Shown in pieces: positions 17,691 through 26,220 of a stretch of DNA of 26,390 nt. The notes beneath the pieces were generated by a model. It was not told where the DNA came from. It saw only the letters and a program-made list of their open reading frames with translations, and did not search any database. The stretch spans positions 1 through 26,390 of the IMG/VR virus record IMGVR_UViG_3300046779_000478. One strand, written 5' to 3'. A program made the translations under genes and the position numbers. This stretch comes from a virus (Duplodnaviria > Caudoviricetes). Positions within the stretch are counted from its first letter, which is position 1, and every line of letters begins with the position of its first letter.

Positions 17691-18268
17691 TAAAACTCCA
17701 CCCATCCTGTTAGTAGATATTTTTCTTCGGCTAGTGGCGGATTTCCTCTATGAGCATGAGTAAATCCAGCAGGCCATATAACTAGTGTTCCTTGTGTAGC
17801 TGGAATACGCATTCCTTGATAAAGAAACTCTGTCTCGCCACCCTGCTCAACTGTGTTTAAATAGAGTCCCCAGGAACATATTCTAGCTGCACGTTCGATA
17901 GTATCTGATTCAAAATGCCAAACATGGTAACCTTGACCGGGTAAAGTTTTTTGAATCTTCATTGAACGTATTTGATGTTTGCCTGCTTCGGCCAATACAC
18001 TGTATTTTTCTAGATACTCACTATAGCAAGCCCAAAATCTATCTACAAAGAAACCTAAAAATCCAGAGTCTGGAGTAAATCTCATACTCTGTTCTTCTAA
18101 TACAAATACTGCGGTATCGCTTTTTCTGTGGGATAGTGCATCCCCCAGCTGTAATCTCGAATAACTAAGGTTCAACTTGGCTAAGGTTTCGTAATGATCG
18201 ATCAACTTTTGGCATTCTTCCGGTTTCATAATGCCTTCCCAGATAGCAATATCTTTTTCTAGTTTCAT
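17690..18268 (-). CDS. Prolyl-4-hydroxylase-like 2OG-Fe(II) oxygenase (2OG-FeII_Oxy_3-like)
   Basis: IQKT.PGQGYHVWHFE (HxE), LYLNTVEQGGETEF, GTLVIWPAGFTHAHRGNPP, KYLLTGW. Confidence 0.9.
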   Translation of the reverse strand: MKLEKDIAIWEGIMKPEECQKLIDHYETLAKLNLSYSRLQLGDALSHRKSDTAVFVLEEQSMRFTPDSGFLGFFVDRFWACYSEYLEKYSVLAEAGKHQIRSMKIQKTLPGQGYHVWHFESDTIERAARICSWGLYLNTVEQGGETEFLYQGMRIPATQGTLVIWPAGFTHAHRGNPPLAEEKYLLTGWVEF

Positions 18269-18288
18269 TTAAGTTGTTTCCTGTGGCT

Positions 18289-18295
18289 TATTTAT
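18289..18295 (-). promoter_or_regulatory. Late promoter motif ATAAATA heading the minus-strand enzyme operon
   Basis: TATTTAT on the plus strand, 20 nt before ATG 18268, with AGGA RBS in between. Confidence 0.55.
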
Positions 18296-18347
18296 GTGGT
18301 CAGTTAATAGATTTTTGCAAATGCGATCTCCAAAGTATTAAATCAGA

Positions 18348-18354
18348 ATAAATA
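18348..18354 (+). promoter_or_regulatory. Late promoter motif ATAAATA heading the fibre/structural operon
   Basis: In the same divergent intergenic region, 29 nt before ATG 18384. Confidence 0.55.
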
Positions 18355-18383
18355 CTATGTATTGAAAACATGGATTCTAAAAG

Positions 18384-19757
18384 ATGCCTAACGCCCGTAA
18401 CCCTATTGTAGATAGTATTAGAGTTCTCCCTAGACAACCCGACTTTCTCGAAAGAAAAGTAGGATCCAGAGGAGAGATTTTCTTCGACGATCAAGACATT
18501 GCTCTAAGATTATATGACGGCAATATCCCAGGCGGTGTTGCATTGCTTAGAGCAGACTTAGAAAACTTAGAAGGAAGCCTAGGTGCAGTAGTATCTGCAA
18601 CTCCTCCTGTTGATCCACAACCGGGTACTATCTGGTTTAATTCCACAAATGGAAGACAACTAATCTATTTTAACACTGTGTGGGTACAGCCCACATCTTC
18701 ATTGTACTCCCAGGGCGGATCACAAACTTCTTTAACATTTCCTAGCGAACCAGAAACAAACGACACATTTACTAATGGTATTGATACATGGATTTGGTTA
18801 GGAACATACTGGGGAATACAGAATGTTGTAGATCCAGAATACACTGATTTAACAGTTACTAATACTATTACTGGATCTGTTAGCGATATTTCAAACCATG
18901 ATCTAAATGATCTAGGAAATGTTAACGCATTGAATCCAGATAACGGTGCAGTATTAGCATACAATACTACAAATAATGCTTGGGAATCAGTTACACTAAC
19001 ATCAACATTTAACGGCGGAACGATTACTAATCCGCTGATTATTAATAATTCTACTGCTAGTACAACAACTACCTCTGGAGCTCTGCGTGTTACTGGTGGG
19101 GTAGGTATCGGCGGCGCATTAGCTGTTGGTACATATGTTGATCTAAGATTCAGAGGCGAACTAAGATTCTCCGATTCGGACAATACCAACTACTTAGGAT
19201 TTAGAGCACCGGCATCAGTTCCGTCAAATCTTACATGGACATTACCTAGCAATGACGGGTCATCTGGACAGGTATTAACTACTAATGGCGCTGGTGTATT
19301 AAGTTGGTCCACAGCATCTGGCGGTGGGGGTGGGGCAAGTAATCCCCCTGGCGGTTTGGATACTGCAATACAGTTTAACAACAGTGGGTCGTTTGGGGGT
19401 AGCTCGAGTTTAACGTTTAACTCGGAGACTAGCACATTAACATCAGCTGCCATTGCTATAACAGCAGAAACCGTTAGTACTACAACAACTACAGGTAGCC
19501 TTGTAGCCGCAGGCGGCGTAGGCATTGCAGGACAGTTAAATGTAGGCGGCGCAACAAATAAGTTTACGGCAGCTACTGCCAGCTCTAGTACAACTACTGG
19601 AGCAATGGTTATTGCAGGCGGAGCAGGTATCGGCGGAAATGTCAATGTTGGCGGAACAGTAAATATAGCAACAGCACCAACATCATCAACTCATGCTGCT
19701 ACAAAAGGATACGTTGACTCTAATGTATTAGCTTTCTCGATAGCATTCGGAGTTTAA
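18384..19757 (+). CDS. Tail fibre-like virion protein
   Basis: Fibre-type modules: PGTIWFNS...IYFNTVW, FPSEP...TWIW...W, LNDLGNV...LAYN...W, WTLPSNDGSSGQVLTTNGAGVLSW, three STTTTGAL.V.GGVGI.G repeats, HAATKGYVD. Confidence 0.7.
   Translation: MPNARNPIVDSIRVLPRQPDFLERKVGSRGEIFFDDQDIALRLYDGNIPGGVALLRADLENLEGSLGAVVSATPPVDPQPGTIWFNSTNGRQLIYFNTVWVQPTSSLYSQGGSQTSLTFPSEPETNDTFTNGIDTWIWLGTYWGIQNVVDPEYTDLTVTNTITGSVSDISNHDLNDLGNVNALNPDNGAVLAYNTTNNAWESVTLTSTFNGGTITNPLIINNSTASTTTTSGALRVTGGVGIGGALAVGTYVDLRFRGELRFSDSDNTNYLGFRAPASVPSNLTWTLPSNDGSSGQVLTTNGAGVLSWSTASGGGGGASNPPGGLDTAIQFNNSGSFGGSSSLTFNSETSTLTSAAIAITAETVSTTTTTGSLVAAGGVGIAGQLNVGGATNKFTAATASSSTTTGAMVIAGGAGIGGNVNVGGTVNIATAPTSSTHAATKGYVDSNVLAFSIAFGV
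19050..19655 (+). repeat. Three protein-level repeats S(T/S)TTTG(A/S)(L/M).V.GG.GI.G..(.)VG
   Basis: Copies at ~19050-19130, ~19461-19550 and ~19566-19655 within 18384..19757. Confidence 0.75.
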
Positions 19758-19767
19758 GGAAAAATAA

Positions 19768-22700
19768 ATGGCAAAAAAACTAGTTAAGAATTACTTTTTC
19801 ACACCAGGCGTAGGCTTAGATGCAAATCTATATCCAAATGCTTGGAGTTTGATTTCACAAAACAGAACATTCATTCTAAAAGAAATCACCGCGTTTGTAA
19901 CCAATCAGGTTGCTGACGCAGTTAAGTGTGAAAGAGACTTAGGATATATTTTAGACGGCGCTCGTTATGATACTGCTCTTGGTACAAACTACAATGCAGT
20001 ATTCCAAGGCATTGCAGAATATAACTCACTGGAAGTAACTCCTACTGTATTAAGAACAATACAACGTGCTAGAGACGAGGTATTGGCAATCTCCTCAGTG
20101 GCAACTAACTCTACTGCATTAACAAGAGCTACAAACTACTTTAACGAAGTATTAGATATTGCAGAAAATGGTAGAGCAAATGCTGACGCTGTTACATTTT
20201 CTAATCCGTCCACTGCAACCAGTAGTCAGATTGCTGCAAAAGACAGACTACAGGCTAACAAAATATTCCTAGCGGCAGAAGTAAATGCTTGGGTTGATGT
20301 AATGTATCCAGCACATAATCATGATGTTGCTAAATGCGCCAGAGACGTAAAGTATGCAATAGATTCTATTTCGTATGATATCTTATATGGCGGTAACTCA
20401 GCAACCTACGACAACGCAAAGTTTTTCTTTTACTTTGATGCTGCAAATAATCCCGGTATTGATCCAACACACAAAGCTCAAACTGTTGCAGCATATGCAC
20501 ACCTAGCTGATGTTGTTGCACAGGTAGTTCAAGGTATAACAGTAACTCCTTCTGTTGGAAATACTGAAACTCAAAATACAGACGGTAACAATGCAAACTC
20601 TAGTGATTCAACTGCATTAGAAGTCTTGTTACAGATTATTGAAGATGTAGTTGCTAACGGAACCACATCATTGCCGGGCACTAGAACAGCACCTGGATAC
20701 ACATGGGCAGCAGCAGGAGTTCAAACTGCTGCAACTGCTATTGCTACTAACAAAGCAGATATTATTCTTGCTGTTAACGGCTTTAAAGATTATGTATTCG
20801 ATGAAGCTAAATGTGAAAGAGACAGCGGATATGTACTAGATGCATTGATCCATGACTTAAGATACGGCGGCAACGAAGAAATTCACAGGGTAGCTAGCAG
20901 ATACTGGGACGGTGATGTTCCTCAAATTGACGGAACAAGACTGGCAGAATACGAAGCATACTATTTTACAATAGATCTTATCAATGACTACATCATCGAA
21001 AACACATTAGATGCTGCTCCAGAGCAACAAGAACAACTTCAAGTTATTGATCTATCAAAGACTGGTGAATCTGCTGCTAAGGCTAGAGTTACTGAACTCT
21101 TAACCAATGTTATTGATGTTATTCAAAACGGTCTAGACAGCTTGCCGACATATGATGTTCAGTTAGCAAGAGTTGAAGTGTTAGGCAAAGTTGAGTTAGA
21201 AGATCTATTATTGATTTCAAACGTAACTAATAACGTTGTTATCTATAACTTTGCAGATCCTAGCAAAGGCGGAACAGCTACCTTCTATGAAGGAAATACT
21301 GAAAACTATCCAAACGCAACTACTGTTAACAACGGTGTTACATTTATTAGATTTAAAACTGACTGTACCGGCATGTTACCGTCAGATGCTGTACAGGTAT
21401 TCTTAGAAAATACAGAACTAAGAGTTCGTCCATACGACTTTGGAACTGATGCTATCGAACGTATGCGTGTTGCTCAACCGCAGGCGATGATTGACGCTGA
21501 CTTTGAATACGGACTACAGCCTACTAAGTGGCAGGCAATCGGTATGCAGCGTGGATATCCTGCAACCTATGAAGTTTCAGCAACTGACGTTGCTGTAGTA
21601 ACTGTTACTACTGATGCGTCTACTGGAACAAGTGGTGTTGGTTCTAGTTTGATTACAGTTACTACACAGGGCGCTCACGGCTTCCTTGCTGGTACTCCGA
21701 TCACTATTAGAGCACTAGCAGCATCTATTACAGGATTTAACAGAGCAGAAGGCACATTTATTATCTATGATGTTCCGTCTACTACCACTTTTAGATACTA
21801 TGCAAAGGCCAAAGTCGGTACATCGTCCGGACAAGTATTGGCAACTTCAACTACTCAGTTGAGACAGGCATCTTTCTACACAGGTGCAAGTGTTGGATCT
21901 CCAACGTTCACAGTACACTCTAACGGTTCTAGTGGTTCTTTTGTTACTGCTCTCAGAACTGAAAGTGGACAAAATACCATTGCATTTATTGGTGCAGCAC
22001 CTCCGTCTGGAGCTCCGTTAACTGGAACTGGTATTAATCCAGGAACACAGGTTTCCGGTGTATTTGGACCTTCAAACAGTGACGGTATTGTTGATTACAA
22101 ATTTGTAAAAACAAGTTATGGTAGTGGAGTATCTACAATCGAGCTTGTAGATGTAACTGACCTAAGTGCAGGTATGGCAGTAGGCAATGAAGCTGCTCCG
22201 AACGTGTTGAGAGAAATATCAGCTATTGTTGGAACAACATTGACCTTAAACGGTGCTGTAACAGTTGGACACCTTGGCGATGAAAATACCTATATCGGTA
22301 GTGCTGCTGCTGTTGTTGGTACAGGAACTAGTTGTACTGTAGATATTACAGTATCAGGTGGCGGATACACACTTGATGCTATTGCAACTGCCGGTAGTGG
22401 TTACCTCAAAGGCGACACATTGAGAGTTCTAGGTGATCAACTAGGTGGCACAACTCCAGATAATGATGCTTACATCAACATTGACTCTGTTGACGGTTCC
22501 GGTGCAATCTTAACAGCAACCCTATTTGAAGGTACTGGTGTTGGTTCAGCAGTGTTTACCGGTCTTACTGTAGGAAATGCTGGATCTAGAGGAACCGGTG
22601 GAGTATTCACTGTAGTTCGTGCAAACGGTGTTTACACCTGTACTAGCTACGGTTCAAATCCTACTTCTAACTATTACCCAGGTAGCAGATTTAAAATTAC

Positions 22701-25563
22701 TGGCAGCAACTTTGAAGGTGTTGATGGCACAAACGACTGTATTTTAACAATGAGTCATTTAGTTGGTAGTACAATAACTGCCAACCCAACTGCTAGCGGA
22801 ACTGTTCAACGTGGTGACATGATTCCGGTATATGCAACAATTACTTTGTCAGAAGGTACTACGGGAATTGTTTCTGCAAGTGCAACCGTTACTTATACTG
22901 CTATTGCAACAGTTCAAGTTGCATTTGCAAGCAATCATGGTTTTGTTCCGGGCATGGGATTAAACATTAACGTTACTTCAACTGGTACCAATCACTCATT
23001 AGCATCAGGTCCATTTGCAGTTGAACAGATTGTTAACTCAACTACAATCAGATATATTGCTAGAGCACCGGGTACTATTAGTACATCAACAACCCTTGAA
23101 GGTGTTGTTTATGTGAGACCAGATACATTCTTTACACATAGACCGTTCGATGGTGGTGTTATGCTAGGTACTGGTGGCCCACAACACGGTGGACAGGCTA
23201 TTCGTCAAAGTAAAAAGTACATTCGTTACCAATCTGGTAAAGGCGCGATGTATAATACCGGTGCACTATTTGCTCCTAGTTACGATTTACGATCAGTCAC
23301 CGCAGCTTCAACAGCATCAGGCGCAGTTATTACAGTAACTACTGATGATGTGGATCACGGAGTTCAAGCAGGTGCAGTTATTAAATTGGTAGATATCGAT
23401 ACAACAGGATATAACGGAACTTACACTGTAAACGAGATTGTTGACGAACGATCATTTAGAATTACTGCTTCAACACAGTTAGGTGCAACATCAGCTACAT
23501 TAGGTGTCCAAGCACAAATGGCGTTGGTTAACTGGCACGGTTCTGTTGTTAGATCAGGACCATTTGATGATCAGAACGGAATCTTCTTCCAGTATAATGG
23601 ACGAGAACTTGCTGTTGGAAGACGTTCAAGTACTTTCCAGATTGCAGGCACCATTGCTATTCCATTAAACTCTAATGCAATCACTGGTACAAACACACGC
23701 TTCTTAGATCAACTTCAAGAAGGTGATAGAATCGTTATTCGTGGTATGACTCACGTAGTGTCTACTATTATAAGCAATACTTCAATGACTGTAACACCGG
23801 ACTGGCGTGGCGTTAATGCAGTATCCGGAGTTAAGGTCTGTAAAGTTCAAGATACCATTATTCCACAAAGTGAGTGGAACTTAGACAAGTGTGACGGAAC
23901 TGGACCTAGTGGTTACAACATCGACATTACAAAAATGCAGATGATTGGTATCCAGTTTAGCTGGTACGGTGCTGGTTTCATTGACTGGATGTTTAGAGGT
24001 CCAGAAGGTAACTATGTATTCTGTCACAGATTGAAAGGTAACAACTTAAATACCGAAGCTTACATGCGTACTGGTAACTTACCGGTTCGTTATGAAGTGT
24101 TGAACGAAAGTGCAAAATCTAGACTAGTAGGAGCATTGGACAGTGTTTCAACTACTATGTACCTAGATAATACTTACGATTTCCCGACAAGCGGAACAGT
24201 ATTTGTTGATAACGAAATCATATCTTACTCAGGAAAGAACGACACAACTAACACCTTGACTGGTTTGAATAGAGCTGCAACACTTAGTAACTTTGCCGCA
24301 GGTGCTGTAAGAAGTTATACCGCAGGCGTAGCAGCAACACATGCAAATAGACAAGGTGTTGTGTTGATTTCGAATACAACAAGCCCTATCATTAGTCATT
24401 GGGGTAGTGCATACTTGATCGACGGTAACTTTGATGAAGATCGTGGATACATTTTCTCATATGCTTCTACAGGAAATAGTATTAGTACAACTAAGAACAC
24501 AGTATTCTTGATTCGTCTAGCACCAAGCGTATCTAACGCTGTTACCGGTGATTTAGGAGAGAAGGAACTACTAAACAGAGCGCAGTTGTTGCTAAAATCG
24601 ATCTCCATCTCGTCAGATGCACAGACTACCGGTACATCCGGTATTGTTATTGAAGGTGTATTGAATCCTCAAAACTATCCACTAAATCCTAGTGACATCG
24701 GTTGGGGCGGATTAACTGCACTATCTCAAGGTGGACAGCCTAGTTTTGCACAGATTGCTCCAGGCGGTTCTGTAGTTTGGTCAAGTGGTTCTAGTATTTC
24801 AACTGCAACTGCTACAACTACTACCACAATGAGCACTACGATAACTATGCAGTTCGGAAGTGGTACAAACGCCTATATGTATGTTAATGCAACATCGTGG
24901 CAAAACTCCAACGCCTGGAGTGGAAACTATACTACCCCATTAAGTGGTGTTGTTATCAACGATGCAAAGTTTCCTAGTAACACTACAATAACCGGTGTTC
25001 AGGGACCTTACGGATCCGGGGGAACTGCTTATTATGTTGTCTATACTAGCAGAAATGCATCATCAAACGTAAATTCCGGAGCATCGGTTACATTAAACCT
25101 AGGTGGTAACAGCGCAAGTGTTACAAGCCAGTTGTTCTTTACAGCGGCTAGCTGGACTGCAAGTGCTGCAACTACCAACACCGAAGTTAATGATGTTAAG
25201 TTTCCAGCTAACACTCGTGTAGCTACAGTAACAGGACCACTCACATTCGGTGTAACAAGCTATTACAGAGTAACGTTTACACAGAGTTCTATTAGCTCAA
25301 CTTCAGCAGGTGGTACAGTAACGTTCCAGTTTGGTCAACCGCCTTATGCGTTACCGGGCGAAACGGTATTCTCCTTTATTGCAAATCCGGGAGAAACTGC
25401 AACACTTGATTTGAACGAGTTGAAGGAACTTACAACTACAGCTATTGGTGGTAGAGGAACGTTCCCAAATGGTCCAGACGTATTGGCCATTAACGTTTAC
25501 AAGGTTGCAGGGTCTGCAACCAATGCTAACATTATCTTACGTTGGGGTGAAGCGCAGGCTTAA
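19768..25563 (+). CDS. Large virion structural protein (1931 aa; baseplate/fibre-associated), modular
   Basis: AAGGA RBS; Thr/Gly/Ser-rich beta modules; three CxRD helical repeats near the N-terminus; three T..HG...G..I repeats; TGTNTRF...GDRI fibre-type motif; duplicated NDxKFPxNT...GP...YY near the C-terminus. Confidence 0.7.
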   Translation: MAKKLVKNYFFTPGVGLDANLYPNAWSLISQNRTFILKEITAFVTNQVADAVKCERDLGYILDGARYDTALGTNYNAVFQGIAEYNSLEVTPTVLRTIQRARDEVLAISSVATNSTALTRATNYFNEVLDIAENGRANADAVTFSNPSTATSSQIAAKDRLQANKIFLAAEVNAWVDVMYPAHNHDVAKCARDVKYAIDSISYDILYGGNSATYDNAKFFFYFDAANNPGIDPTHKAQTVAAYAHLADVVAQVVQGITVTPSVGNTETQNTDGNNANSSDSTALEVLLQIIEDVVANGTTSLPGTRTAPGYTWAAAGVQTAATAIATNKADIILAVNGFKDYVFDEAKCERDSGYVLDALIHDLRYGGNEEIHRVASRYWDGDVPQIDGTRLAEYEAYYFTIDLINDYIIENTLDAAPEQQEQLQVIDLSKTGESAAKARVTELLTNVIDVIQNGLDSLPTYDVQLARVEVLGKVELEDLLLISNVTNNVVIYNFADPSKGGTATFYEGNTENYPNATTVNNGVTFIRFKTDCTGMLPSDAVQVFLENTELRVRPYDFGTDAIERMRVAQPQAMIDADFEYGLQPTKWQAIGMQRGYPATYEVSATDVAVVTVTTDASTGTSGVGSSLITVTTQGAHGFLAGTPITIRALAASITGFNRAEGTFIIYDVPSTTTFRYYAKAKVGTSSGQVLATSTTQLRQASFYTGASVGSPTFTVHSNGSSGSFVTALRTESGQNTIAFIGAAPPSGAPLTGTGINPGTQVSGVFGPSNSDGIVDYKFVKTSYGSGVSTIELVDVTDLSAGMAVGNEAAPNVLREISAIVGTTLTLNGAVTVGHLGDENTYIGSAAAVVGTGTSCTVDITVSGGGYTLDAIATAGSGYLKGDTLRVLGDQLGGTTPDNDAYINIDSVDGSGAILTATLFEGTGVGSAVFTGLTVGNAGSRGTGGVFTVVRANGVYTCTSYGSNPTSNYYPGSRFKITGSNFEGVDGTNDCILTMSHLVGSTITANPTASGTVQRGDMIPVYATITLSEGTTGIVSASATVTYTAIATVQVAFASNHGFVPGMGLNINVTSTGTNHSLASGPFAVEQIVNSTTIRYIARAPGTISTSTTLEGVVYVRPDTFFTHRPFDGGVMLGTGGPQHGGQAIRQSKKYIRYQSGKGAMYNTGALFAPSYDLRSVTAASTASGAVITVTTDDVDHGVQAGAVIKLVDIDTTGYNGTYTVNEIVDERSFRITASTQLGATSATLGVQAQMALVNWHGSVVRSGPFDDQNGIFFQYNGRELAVGRRSSTFQIAGTIAIPLNSNAITGTNTRFLDQLQEGDRIVIRGMTHVVSTIISNTSMTVTPDWRGVNAVSGVKVCKVQDTIIPQSEWNLDKCDGTGPSGYNIDITKMQMIGIQFSWYGAGFIDWMFRGPEGNYVFCHRLKGNNLNTEAYMRTGNLPVRYEVLNESAKSRLVGALDSVSTTMYLDNTYDFPTSGTVFVDNEIISYSGKNDTTNTLTGLNRAATLSNFAAGAVRSYTAGVAATHANRQGVVLISNTTSPIISHWGSAYLIDGNFDEDRGYIFSYASTGNSISTTKNTVFLIRLAPSVSNAVTGDLGEKELLNRAQLLLKSISISSDAQTTGTSGIVIEGVLNPQNYPLNPSDIGWGGLTALSQGGQPSFAQIAPGGSVVWSSGSSISTATATTTTTMSTTITMQFGSGTNAYMYVNATSWQNSNAWSGNYTTPLSGVVINDAKFPSNTTITGVQGPYGSGGTAYYVVYTSRNASSNVNSGASVTLNLGGNSASVTSQLFFTAASWTASAATTNTEVNDVKFPANTRVATVTGPLTFGVTSYYRVTFTQSSISSTSAGGTVTFQFGQPPYALPGETVFSFIANPGETATLDLNELKELTTTAIGGRGTFPNGPDVLAINVYKVAGSATNANIILRWGEAQA
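19924..20874 (+). repeat. Three K-C-x-R-D...Y..D....D...G.N protein repeats (phycobiliprotein-like)
   Basis: KCERDLGYILDGARYDTALGTN (19924), KCARDVKYAIDSISYDILYGGN (20332), KCERDSGYVLDALIHDLRYGGN (20809). Confidence 0.85.
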
Positions 25564-25835
25564 CGATTTGCAGAGCGCCAGTCTTGGTATTTTCTATCAA
25601 GCTGGCGTCTTAATGATGTAATACGTTCTCTAATATCCGGTGCCATAACCGGAATCTGCCTTGACATGATCATGTCAAGGTGCCCACTATCTAAAGATTT
25701 TATTTCTCTAACTAGTTTAGTTAATAACTGATCCATCTCTGTCTTTAAAGCACCGTCAGGGAGCTCGTCGATCATCGATTGATATTTTTTATATTCCTGT
25801 TGAAATCTTTCAGATTTTAGAATGGTTGGTAGCAT
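25560..25835 (-). CDS. Small helical hypothetical protein
   Basis: 91-aa charged helical ORF. Its stop overlaps the stop of 19768..25563 in a shared TTAA. Confidence 0.7.
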   Translation of the reverse strand: MLPTILKSERFQQEYKKYQSMIDELPDGALKTEMDQLLTKLVREIKSLDSGHLDMIMSRQIPVMAPDIRERITSLRRQLDRKYQDWRSANR

Positions 25836-26220
25836 TTTCTAACTCCAGTATAGTGTCTATTTTAGTGCGGATAAGCTGATTATTTATTGTGGCTTTTAAA
25901 CCGTTGTGTAGTTGCTTAGGCAAGAAATCTAAACTGCTCCAACATAGAGTGGGTGCCGAGCGAGTTAAAAACTCTTCGTTCACTAGGCACACGTAGGTTC
26001 CGTATTCGAAACCTTTATCTTCGCTGAGATAAAGTTCTATAGGAACAATCCTTCCTGAGCAATAGGAGGTTAATAAAGGGTCTGCATCTTCTAAGAGAGA
26101 CCCTTTTCTTGCAAATGTAGGTACAGTCCATTTCGAATCTTCTAGTATTAGAAGTACACGACCTGTAGTTTTAGCTAAAAATAATAATCCGGCACGCTGT
26201 TGCATACCGATACTTATCAT
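25810..26220 (-). CDS. Degenerate Nudix-fold-like protein
   Basis: AGLLFLA..TGRVLLIL...WTVP and FEYGTYVCLV.EEF...W...LPKQLH.GL resemble phage Nudix proteins, but there is no GX5EX7REUXEE box. TAATG overlap with the upstream gene; alternative start 26205. Confidence 0.5.
   Translation of the reverse strand: MISIGMQQRAGLLFLAKTTGRVLLILEDSKWTVPTFARKGSLLEDADPLLTSYCSGRIVPIELYLSEDKGFEYGTYVCLVNEEFLTRSAPTLCWSSLDFLPKQLHNGLKATINNQLIRTKIDTILELENATNHSKI

Noticed and set aside
5381-18268. 2OG-dependent radical halogenases (HxA/HxG triad as in SyrB2, WelO5, BesD)
   Set aside because: Every recognisable triad has D, E or H at the third position.
2777-18268. Bacterial secondary-metabolite cluster such as pyrrolnitrin (prnABCD)
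   Set aside because: No prnB/prnD, scaffold synthase, transporter or regulator; flanks and promoter motifs are phage-like.
6406-25244. Other short overlapping track ORFs (6406, 10299, 10435, 12016, 14382, 15364, 15702, 16092, 18300, 18665, 19190, 20366, 20651, 24396, 25041)
   Set aside because: They lie wholly or largely within well-supported genes on another frame or strand and show no recognisable motifs.
25881-25887. ATAAATA on the minus strand upstream of 25560..25835
   Set aside because: Inside a coding region and 45 nt from the start, outside the 20-29 nt spacing of the others; could be chance.
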